Source of the DNA: Blastopirellula marina
GTDB taxonomy: Bacteria; Planctomycetota; Phycisphaerae; Sedimentisphaerales; UBA12454
Direction of reading: 5' to 3'
DNA length: 27,146 nucleotides
Assembly: GCA_020721975.1 (NCBI GenBank)
Contig: DYLR01000012.1
Coordinates: 1-27,146, forward strand
Position 1 is the first letter of the stretch. The number at the start of each line of letters is the position of its first letter. Under the pieces are notes generated by a model. It worked only from the letters and a program-made list of their open reading frames with translations, was not told the origin of the DNA and did no database searches. Shown in pieces: positions 17,414 to 24,447 of this stretch. A program made the position numbers and the translations under genes.

Positions 17414-17493
17414 TATTTCTCAAGCCGTAACCGGCTTTTATTTTTCCCCCGCTCACGGAGTCGGTGAGCGGGAAGCACAAGCAACAGGAGGAG
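17414..17493 (+). repeat. Copy 2 of the ~80-bp direct repeat. Here the SD-like tail is followed after 7 nt by ATG 17508 of a 24-codon ORF (MSFFLPSTLCPQPKQNQSCRINGI).
   Basis: The match to copy 1 is read directly from the sequence. Confidence 0.7.
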
Positions 17494-17886
17494 GAAAAAA
17501 TGAGTTTTTTCTTACCGTCAACCCTGTGCCCACAACCGAAGCAAAATCAAAGCTGCCGCATCAACGGTATATAAACAAAATTCTGTTCACACAGAACTTT
17601 AGCCTGTTGTCCACAGGCCAGGCCCCGCAGGCCATCCTGCGAGGCCAATAGCCGGGTAAGTAAGGAGAGAAGCGTTATTGCCTTGTTCCTTAACTTCCTT
17701 GTTGCTGCCATTAAAAATATAAGAAATAAATCCGCTGATAAGAAATGAAGAGATAGGGAATAGGGGATTGGGTTGTCAAATGCAATAAATCAATTACCCG
17801 CACCGTCATACTATACGAGACGATTATTTTAGGGCAATAATCGTGAAAATTGGATATAAAAAATTCATATTGGAAAGGAACTCACA

Positions 17887-18582
17887 ATGAAAAAGACTTA
17901 TTTGGGCATTTTAATGGTTATGCTGGTTGCGCTGCTGACAATTTCAGTATTCGCACAACCCTGGGGCGGCAAAGAAAGGCATGGTAAAGGCCCCGGCAGT
18001 CCTGACAAGCCCCCTATGCCTGCAGGTCACGGCGGCGGAGTTGAAATGATTTTGCGAATGAAAGACAAGCTCGGCCTGACCGACGAGCAAATAACAAAAC
18101 TTCAGGCGCTAAAGCCGCAGGATGAACCGAACAACAGAGAGTTAATGAAGGAAAAACACCAGGCACTTCAGGCTGCTATCGAGTCCGGCGATAAGGATGC
18201 AATACGTACGGCTGCTGCTGCAATCGGAAATGCCATCGGTGAACGGGCAATCAAAGCAGTGGAAAACAAGGCCAAAGTCGATTCAATTCTGACCGATGAG
18301 CAAAAGGCGACTCTCAAGGAAATGAAAGAGAAAAGACAGCAAAAAATGAGGGAAATGGCTGAAAACGAACAAGGTCGACCTGGACCAATGGGTCGCGGCC
18401 CCGGCGGATTTGAAATGGGAAACGAACAAAGACCGGAACCTGCAACAATATTCGCCAGAATTGATACCGACGGTGACGGCTCTATCAGCTTTGAGGAGTT
18501 CACCGCCCACGTTGGGAAAATGGAAGAGCATCGCGGGCGTCCCGGTCCTGCTGCCGAAACTGAAGACAGCATCGAAAAGTAA
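17887..18582 (+). CDS. Secreted/periplasmic protein with a signal peptide, LTXXQ (Spy/CpxP-like) motifs and a C-terminal EF-hand calcium-binding loop.
   Basis: MKKTYLGILMVMLVALLTISVFA is a signal-peptide-like N-terminus. LTDEQITKLQAL and LTDEQKATLKEM are LTXXQ motifs. DTDGDGSISFEEF is a canonical 12-residue EF-hand loop. Confidence 0.7.
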   Translation: MKKTYLGILMVMLVALLTISVFAQPWGGKERHGKGPGSPDKPPMPAGHGGGVEMILRMKDKLGLTDEQITKLQALKPQDEPNNRELMKEKHQALQAAIESGDKDAIRTAAAAIGNAIGERAIKAVENKAKVDSILTDEQKATLKEMKEKRQQKMREMAENEQGRPGPMGRGPGGFEMGNEQRPEPATIFARIDTDGDGSISFEEFTAHVGKMEEHRGRPGPAAETEDSIEK

Positions 18583-18610
18583 AAACACAGACCGGAAAAT
18601 ATTAGTAGTT

Positions 18611-18640
18611 AGCCCCCCGATTTATTCGGGGGGTTTTCTT
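18611..18640 (+). terminator. Rho-independent terminator: AGCCCCCCGA-TTTAT-TCGGGGGGTT followed by TTTCTT. It lies between convergent genes.
   Basis: It has an 8-bp GC stem, a 5-nt loop and a T-tract. The same element, with a compensatory base-pair change, occurs at 25139-25170. Confidence 0.65.
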
Positions 18641-18648
18641 ATGATGTT

Positions 18649-19002
18649 TTATTGGCCGTATTCGGTCGTCCAAAAATTGATAAATTGTGTGTAATCTGCA
18701 AAATCCACGCGCATATCGCCGTTGAGGTCGCAATTATTCGGCATTGTCTCACTGAGCCAGTTTTCAGTCAGTATAATAATATCCCCGTAATCCAAAGAGC
18801 CGTTTCCATCAAGGTCGTAAATACAAACCGGCGACTCAATGGATAATTCAATTATGCCCATATCAGGCAGGGCATTATATTTGATGTACATTAAACCGTC
18901 TTTTGAAACAACCTCGGCAGTTTGTTGTGTTTGCCCCTGTTTGAACGTTATATTCTCCGATGCCCATTCCGGCGGACAGTCGGTAAGCAACGTAAGCGGC
19001 AC
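18649..19002 (-). pseudogene. Orphan dockerin-type repeat domain fragment (two Ca-binding DxNGDG-like loops). There is no signal peptide and only a GTG start, so it is probably the C-terminal remnant of a larger secreted protein.
   Basis: The ORF carries DLDGNGSLDYGD and DLNGDMRVDFAD dockerin-like loops. The 117-aa ORF has no ATG start and lies next to a palindrome-rich scar region. Confidence 0.4.
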
Positions 19003-19013
19003 ATTAAATCTGC

Positions 19014-19135
19014 TGTCAAGCCCGCAGGCCTGTCCTGCGGGTCATCAGTATAATGCGATTAAAGCTTTACGCAAATCCGACCCCGATGGCAGGCGTCGGG
19101 GCTGACAAGTCCCCGCAGGTTAGTCCTCGGGTTTC
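19014..19135. repeat. Cluster of REP-like GC-rich palindromes. One hairpin is CCCGCAGG-CCTGT-CCTGCGGG and another is CCCCGA-9nt-TCGGGG. The motifs GGGCTGACAAGT and CCCCGCAGG are shared with 17623-17642 and 25195-25309.
   Basis: Sequence at 19018-19040 and 19081-19119. The core AGCCCGCAGG occurs at 19018 and 25200, and GGGCTGAC at 19099 and 25294. Confidence 0.5.
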
Positions 19136-19146
19136 TTTATCACGAT

Positions 19147-20331
19147 TTATTCGCGGGGGAATACTAATCGCCTGTAAAGTGCTTCAATTTTATCGACCAT
19201 TGTTTTGGGCGAGAACATATCTTTGACAAGTTCTCTGCCGTTTTGGCCGAGCCGGTCGCGCAAAGATTTATCTTCAATCAGCTCAACACAGGCTTTTGTG
19301 AGCTGCTCAATATTTTTTGGCTTGATAAGTCTGCCGGTGTTTTCATTCACAACTTCCCTGTTGCCGTCAACATCAAACGCAATTGTAGCCTTACCGCAGA
19401 GCATAGCCTGCGGCAAAACGCGTGCAAGTCCCTCACGCAACGAGCAATGCACAAGAATATCCGAGGCCTGCAACACAAGCGGAATTTGCTGCGGCGGTAC
19501 AAGGCCTGTAAAACGAAATTGATTCTCAAGTCCGGCCGATTTTATCCGCTGCTGTAAATTGTTTTTCAATAAACCGTCTCCGACAAAAAGCCAGACCACA
19601 TTCGGAAACTGCTTTGCAATAGTTTTGGCCGACTCAATAATGTATTCGTGTCCCTTGAGATAAAACAATCTTCCTATCGAAATAAGCACAACGGCATTAC
19701 TGGGAATATCGTGTTGTTTTCTGAATGCGGCAATTTGCTCCTGCGGCACAGGTGAAAGAAACACGTCTTCATCAATGGCCGAATATGCGGTAGTGAACAT
19801 TTCAGGCCTGCCGATTCCCTCGGCAAGCATCTGCTGTGTCATTGCATCGGCAACAGAAATAAAGGCATCGGTATATTTGGCTGCGTATTTTTCAATCGCC
19901 ACGAAAAGTCTGTTTTCGAGCCGGTTTTGATATGGATGAAACGCAAGGCCGTGAACGGTATGAACTATAAACGGAGTTTTGCGTTCGTGGTTTTGCATTT
20001 TAATTTTACCGGCTGCGAGTCTGCCGAGAATGCCCGCTTTGGCCGAGTGCGTATGGACAATCTCCGGCTGCAATTTCTTCAATAATTTATAAATCTTTTT
20101 ATACGCACGCCGGTCCGGCAGCGGCCTGATTGGGCGAATCAGTTCATCTATAACGATGGTTTTGTATTTCGCGTTTTTGGTTTGCTCGAACAGCGAGCCT
20201 TCCGGCCCGACGGCAGGGCCTGTGATTAAAACGACATCGTGGCCGCGGGCGGCAAGCTCCCGGCAGGTAATCAGCGTGTTTTCCTGCGCCCCGCCGAGTA
20301 TTAAACGAGTTATAATGTGAATGATTCTCAT
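19147..20331 (-). CDS. Glycosyltransferase family 4 (GT-B fold, group 1).
   Basis: The 394-aa protein starts MRIIHIITRLILGGAQENTLITCRELAARGHDVVLITG, consistent with a GT4 N-terminal domain. The C-terminal half carries the GT1/GT4 E-x7-E region (ARVLPQAMLCGKATIAFDVDGNREVV). Confidence 0.75.
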   Translation of the reverse strand: MRIIHIITRLILGGAQENTLITCRELAARGHDVVLITGPAVGPEGSLFEQTKNAKYKTIVIDELIRPIRPLPDRRAYKKIYKLLKKLQPEIVHTHSAKAGILGRLAAGKIKMQNHERKTPFIVHTVHGLAFHPYQNRLENRLFVAIEKYAAKYTDAFISVADAMTQQMLAEGIGRPEMFTTAYSAIDEDVFLSPVPQEQIAAFRKQHDIPSNAVVLISIGRLFYLKGHEYIIESAKTIAKQFPNVVWLFVGDGLLKNNLQQRIKSAGLENQFRFTGLVPPQQIPLVLQASDILVHCSLREGLARVLPQAMLCGKATIAFDVDGNREVVNENTGRLIKPKNIEQLTKACVELIEDKSLRDRLGQNGRELVKDMFSPKTMVDKIEALYRRLVFPRE

Positions 20332-20591
20332 CGATTAGAATGTAGAATATAGAAGGTAGAAGATAGCATAAGAATAAATATTATATCACGATTCAATTTT
20401 TCAGGCCCGCTTCTTTTCTTGAATCCCTCTGCAATGTTTGCAGGTATGGAAATTGCTGCTCGTCTCAACTGGGAGGTTAAAGTAAACAATTCTTCTTTTG
20501 GAAAACCTTTGCTTAATTCATAAGTTGCCAAGACAAATTTGTGTGCTTTCTGCCAAACAAGTAAGTCTGTAAAATTTTTTGCTTTTTCCAT
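20328..20591 (-). pseudogene. Four-helix-bundle protein (23S rRNA intervening-sequence protein family, TIGR02436-like), truncated. Only ~62 N-terminal aa are homologous; the remaining 25 codons read through the inverted-repeat DNA.
   Basis: MEKAKNFTDLLVWQKAHKFVLATYELSKGFPKEELFTLTSQLRRAAISIPANIAEGFKKRS matches the family's conserved N-terminal half from memory. The tail GPEKLNRDIIFILMLSSTFYILHSNR is encoded by the TAGAA-heptad repeat. Its stop TGA overlaps the GT4 ATG (ATGA). Confidence 0.5.
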
Positions 20592-20658
20592 AAATCTCCA
20601 TACATTAGAGGCGATCTCATTTTCTTCTTATTCTATCTTCTACATTCTATCTTCTAAT
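20334..20658. mobile_element. MITE-like ~325-bp element bounded by imperfect terminal inverted repeats built from heptad NNTAGAA units. The left arm is 20334-20376 and the right arm 20625-20658. It carries a truncated four-helix-bundle protein gene and is inserted exactly between the truA stop and the GT4 start.
   Basis: The left arm reads attagaatgtagaatatagaaggtagaagatagcataagaata. The reverse complement of the right arm reads attagaagatagaatgtagaagatagaataagaa. The truA stop codon TAG (20654-20656) is formed by the terminal CTAAT of the right arm. The GT4 ATG (20331) lies 2 bp outside the left arm. Confidence 0.5.
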
Positions 20659-21442
20659 ACCTTATCCACATCAGGCACAGGCCGTGGGGCGGTGCGATTG
20701 GACCGGCAGACGAGCGGTTGCATGCCTTGAGAATTTTCTCCACCTTTTCAGGCTTATATCGTCCCCGGCCAACCTCGACAAGCGTACCTACGATATTGCG
20801 AACCATATTATATAAGAAACCGTCGGCCTCAACATCTATGCAAATCCAGGGCAAAGAAGACCGCTCATTTACATTCGCGGCTCTGTGGTAAGCATAGGAA
20901 ATTTCGGGGGCTGATTGCACATCGCATCGCAAAATCGTCCGTATGGAACTTGAGCGTTTATCCGCCGCCGAGGCAAAAGACTTGAAATCATGTTCGCCGA
21001 TTAAATACTGTGCTGCCTGTGCCATTACCGCAGAATCAAGTTTATAAGGGTAGTACCAGCAATAGTGTGCCTGAAGCACAGGTCTGTTGACGCCGGTGTA
21101 TATCCAGTAGCGATACATTTTGGATTTGGTGTTTTTAATCGCATCAAAGTCCGGCTTTACCTGTTCGGCAGATATTATCGAAATGCTCTGCGGTAATTTG
21201 TTATTAACCGCACGTGCGAGATTTTCGGTCGGCACGGGACAATCTATTTCAAAATGCGCCACCTGTCCCAGCGCGTGAACGCCTGCGTCGGTTCTGCTTG
21301 AGCCGAAAAGTTCAACATATTTTCCGGTAAGCTCGGCTATCGTGTTTTCAAGAACACCCTGAATCGTCGGGCGGTTTTTCTGTTTAGCCCAGCCGAAATA
21401 ATCCGTGCCATCATAAGCAATTGTAAGTTTGATTTTACGCAT
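20654..21442 (-). CDS. truA: tRNA pseudouridine(38-40) synthase TruA. Start placed at the internal ATG 21442 rather than the extended ORF start at 21610.
   Basis: MRKIKLTIAYDGTDYFGWAKQ...GSSRTDAGVHALGQVAHFE carries the conserved TruA catalytic Asp region. Length is ~263 aa. The 56-codon N-terminal extension of the long ORF overlaps asd and lacks homology. Confidence 0.8.
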   Translation of the reverse strand: MRKIKLTIAYDGTDYFGWAKQKNRPTIQGVLENTIAELTGKYVELFGSSRTDAGVHALGQVAHFEIDCPVPTENLARAVNNKLPQSISIISAEQVKPDFDAIKNTKSKMYRYWIYTGVNRPVLQAHYCWYYPYKLDSAVMAQAAQYLIGEHDFKSFASAADKRSSSIRTILRCDVQSAPEISYAYHRAANVNERSSLPWICIDVEADGFLYNMVRNIVGTLVEVGRGRYKPEKVEKILKACNRSSAGPIAPPHGLCLMWIRY

Positions 21443-21458
21443 GAAAGAAGCATACTTC

Positions 21459-22460
21459 TTACAGCAGCTTTTCTGCGATTTGTATCGCGTTGAGCGCTGC
21501 GCCTTTGCGAATCTGGTCGCCGACGACCCACAGATTGATTCCGCGATGCCCCTGAATCGATTCGTCTTCGCGAATCCTGCCGACATAAACGTCGTCTTTG
21601 CCGCCGGCATCTATGGGCATTGGGAAGCGATTATTGATTCTGTCGTCGATAATGCTCACGCCGGGCGCTTTTTCGAGCAGTTGGCGCACCTCGTCGGGAC
21701 TGATAGGATGTGTAAATTCAAGATTGATGCTTTCGCTGTGGGCTCGCAGCACCGGCACACGAACACAGGTGCAGGTAATGGCAATGTCATCGCAGCCGAA
21801 AATTTTATGGGTTTCGTGTACCATTTTCATTTCCTCGGCATTATAGCCGTTGGGGTATATTTCGCTGTCGTGGTTGAATAAATTAAACGCAATCTGATAT
21901 TTGAATTTTCTGCACACCGGCGGCTCATCATCGAGTATCTGCCGGGCCTGCTGCATAAGCTCAAGCATCGCGGCCTGGCCGGCTCCGCTGGCGGCCTGAT
22001 AGGTACTAATGACTATTCGCTTAATCGGATTGGCCTTGTGCAGCGGCCAAAGCGGCACATTGGCGATAATCGTCGAACAGTTAGGATTGGCAATAATGCC
22101 CTTATGTTTGAATATCTCCTGCGGATTGACCTCCGGCACAACCAGCGGAATATCAGGGTCCATACGAAACGCACTGGAATTGTCAACCACAACTGCACCG
22201 GCCTTTACCGCAGCAGGAGCAAATTGCTTAGAACGGGAAGCGCCGGCGCTAAAAAGAGCTATATCAATATTGGCAAAGCTGTTTTCGGTGAGCTGCTCAA
22301 CCTTGTAAGTCCTGCCTCTGAAGACAATTTCCCTGCCGACAGAACGCTCAGAAGCAAGCATTTTTATCGACTTAACAGGGAATGCCCGCTGTTCAAGAAT
22401 TTCAAGGAATTCCTGTCCAACCGCACCGGTTACACCGGCAATTGCAATATTCTTTACCAT
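21459..22460 (-). CDS. asd: Aspartate-semialdehyde dehydrogenase.
   Basis: The N-terminus MVKNIAIAGVTGAVGQEFLEIL has the Rossmann GxxGxxG. NPNCSTI carries the active-site Cys. Length is 333 aa. Confidence 0.85.
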   Translation of the reverse strand: MVKNIAIAGVTGAVGQEFLEILEQRAFPVKSIKMLASERSVGREIVFRGRTYKVEQLTENSFANIDIALFSAGASRSKQFAPAAVKAGAVVVDNSSAFRMDPDIPLVVPEVNPQEIFKHKGIIANPNCSTIIANVPLWPLHKANPIKRIVISTYQAASGAGQAAMLELMQQARQILDDEPPVCRKFKYQIAFNLFNHDSEIYPNGYNAEEMKMVHETHKIFGCDDIAITCTCVRVPVLRAHSESINLEFTHPISPDEVRQLLEKAPGVSIIDDRINNRFPMPIDAGGKDDVYVGRIREDESIQGHRGINLWVVGDQIRKGAALNAIQIAEKLL

Positions 22461-22706
22461 ATTAACTCCAAATTAGTAAAAAACACCCAAAACTGTCCTA
22501 TTTTAATATCAATGCCGGAAAAGTCAACGACGAGTTGTTTATCACGGAATTGCAGTTGTTTTCATAATTCTTTGAATTTTTCCCTTGCGTTAAAAACTTG
22601 ATGATATTATTATGATATTATATTGATATAAACGTTTTTAAAAACTCGAAAGGAGATAAAATTATGCATGAATTTGAAAAGAAAGTTTTGAGCGGCTGGT
22701 TTAACT

Positions 22707-23060
22707 TTGCGCGGCAGCAGCGAGCGTGTAAATGAAACGCTCAAAACCGAATTGCAGAAACGGCTTGCTTTGGCAGGCGTAGTGGTTGAAGAAACGAGAT
22801 TAACTCACCTTGCTTATGCGCCGGAAATTGCCGGCGATATGTTGCGCCGTCAGCAGGCACAGGCGATAATCGCAGCCAGAAAGAAAATTGTCCACGGCGC
22901 CGTAAGCATGGTTGAGATGGCACTGACGGAACTGTTGGCAAAAGAGGTGGTAAAACTTGATGAGGAACATAAGGCCACTATGGTCGGCAATCTGCTTGTT
23001 GTGCTGTGCGGCGAGGCGCAGGCCGAGCCGGTAATAAACGCAGGAACACTTTATCGATGA
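22707..23060 (+). CDS. SPFH/band-7-like domain fragment (C-terminal part only), possibly a 5'-truncated or frameshifted remnant. The ORF caller uses a TTG start.
   Basis: [38 protein letters not shown]...[11 protein letters not shown] resembles the C-terminal region of stomatin/SPFH proteins. There is no N-terminal TM or first SPFH half. A strong SD + ATG at 22664 opens a different frame: [23 protein letters not shown]-stop, overlapping 22692-22735. Confidence 0.35.
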   Translation: MRGSSERVNETLKTELQKRLALAGVVVEETRLTHLAYAPEIAGDMLRRQQAQAIIAARKKIVHGAVSMVEMALTELLAKEVVKLDEEHKATMVGNLLVVLCGEAQAEPVINAGTLYR

Positions 23061-23066
23061 GAATTT

Positions 23067-23300
23067 ATGGCACAAAAGAAGGAATTTCTTTTGCGAATCG
23101 ACCCACAGTTGTGGGCATGGCTACAGGCCTGGGCGGCAGATGAATTTCGCAGCGTCAACAGCCAGATAGAGTTTATCCTGAAAAATGCCGTGGCCGCTCA
23201 CAGGCATAAAAAAATGCCCGGTGAGGATAACACTGCTGCGCCGGGGGAGAAAGATGAAGAATTGCCGGAGATAAACAATGAAAACAGCCGTAATAATTGA
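23067..23300 (+). CDS. Ribbon-helix-helix (Arc/CopG/MetJ-type) DNA-binding protein with an acidic low-complexity tail.
   Basis: KKEFLLRIDPQLWAWLQAWAADEFRSVNSQIEFILKNAV fits the RHH beta-strand/helix-helix pattern. It overlaps the downstream GT4 gene by 23 nt. Confidence 0.55.
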   Translation: MAQKKEFLLRIDPQLWAWLQAWAADEFRSVNSQIEFILKNAVAAHRHKKMPGEDNTAAPGEKDEELPEINNENSRNN

Positions 23301-24447
23301 ACGTGCCGATGTATCCCTCGGCGGCGCGGAACGGTCGATATTTGAACTGGCCGCAGGACTTTCCGGGGCGGGTTTGCAGGTCGATATTCTTGCCGCAGCC
23401 GGCAGTATGGACACGGCAAATGTAAAGATACTTTGCAAGAAATCCGCAAAACGCCTATGTCTTTCGGATTTTTCGGAACTGCTTGCGAAATATCTTGCTG
23501 AAAACAAATACGATATAATTCACAGCATATTGCCGTTTGAATTTGCCGATGTTTATCAGCCGCGGGGCGGGGCTATGGCCCAAGCCGTACTGAGAAGCGC
23601 TGCAAGTTATCAAAATAAAGCCCTGCGAATGCTCGGCAGATTTGCCGTGAATCTAAACCGCCGCAGAAAGGCTCTTTGTGCGGCTGAAAGAAAAATCGCC
23701 GAATCGCCCGGCGGGCCGGTTATCGCTGCGCTTTCCGAATACGTAAAGCGCCAGTTTATCGAACATTACAACACGCCTGAACAGAAAATTGTTACGATAC
23801 TTAACGGCGTGAAGATAAATCATTACCTCGATGCCGCAGAGGTTGACAAACTGAAAAGGCAAATATTTGAACACTTCAGGCTCGATTTAAGTGCAGAACC
23901 TGTCTTTTTATTATTCACTGCAAATAACTTTCGCCTCAAGGGGCTTATTCCATTGCTGAAGGCATTAAGAGTTGTCCGCAGCAAATCGACTCAAAGGCCC
24001 GTATATCTGCTGTTTGCAGGAAAAAGCAAAACCGCAAACCCCGACGGGCTGATTTCAAAATTAAAATTGAACGATGCCGTTTTTTATTTAGGGAAATTAC
24101 GCGACATTTACACTGCTCTGGCCGTTTGCGATGTGGCGGCGCTGCCGAGCTATTACGACCCGTGCAGCAGATTTATTCTTGAAGCCCTTGCCGCGGGAAA
24201 GCCTGTAATAACGACGAAATATAACGGTGCAGCAGAATTATTTACGCACAATCGGCACGGCATAACGCTCGACGAGCCGGACGATATTGACGAGCTTGCA
24301 AAGGCGATTATATACTTTTCACAAACCGATAATATTCGTTCGGCGCAAAACGCGATAATCGCCGACAATCTGCGAAACAACATAAGTATAGACAGACATT
24401 GCAGACAGCTGATACAATTGTACGAAAACATCATGGAGAAAAAATGA
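23278..24447 (+). CDS. Glycosyltransferase family 4 (group 1), probably in cell-envelope glycan synthesis.
   Basis: The 389-aa protein has a GT-B C-terminal domain with YYDPCSRFILEALAAGKPVITTKYNGAAELF (E-x7-E-like region). Its stop TGA overlaps the plsY ATG (ATGA at 24444-24447). Confidence 0.75.
   Translation: MKTAVIIERADVSLGGAERSIFELAAGLSGAGLQVDILAAAGSMDTANVKILCKKSAKRLCLSDFSELLAKYLAENKYDIIHSILPFEFADVYQPRGGAMAQAVLRSAASYQNKALRMLGRFAVNLNRRRKALCAAERKIAESPGGPVIAALSEYVKRQFIEHYNTPEQKIVTILNGVKINHYLDAAEVDKLKRQIFEHFRLDLSAEPVFLLFTANNFRLKGLIPLLKALRVVRSKSTQRPVYLLFAGKSKTANPDGLISKLKLNDAVFYLGKLRDIYTALAVCDVAALPSYYDPCSRFILEALAAGKPVITTKYNGAAELFTHNRHGITLDEPDDIDELAKAIIYFSQTDNIRSAQNAIIADNLRNNISIDRHCRQLIQLYENIMEKK

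Noticed and set aside
17174-17493. Possible CRISPR array, suggested by the repeated hairpin-containing units.
   Set aside because: There are only two copies, the units are ~80 bp long, and the period is 240 bp with a structured, repeat-bearing spacer. This is incompatible with CRISPR repeat/spacer geometry, and no cas genes are present.
20654-21610. The full 318-aa extended TruA ORF.
   Set aside because: The first 56 codons overlap the asd 3' end, are rich in K/R/S/C (shadow-like) and lack TruA homology. The internal ATG at 21442 gives a normal-length TruA.
21429-22601. Plus-strand ORFs 21429..21881 and 22038..22601.
   Set aside because: They are antisense to asd, whose Rossmann and active-site motifs are unambiguous.
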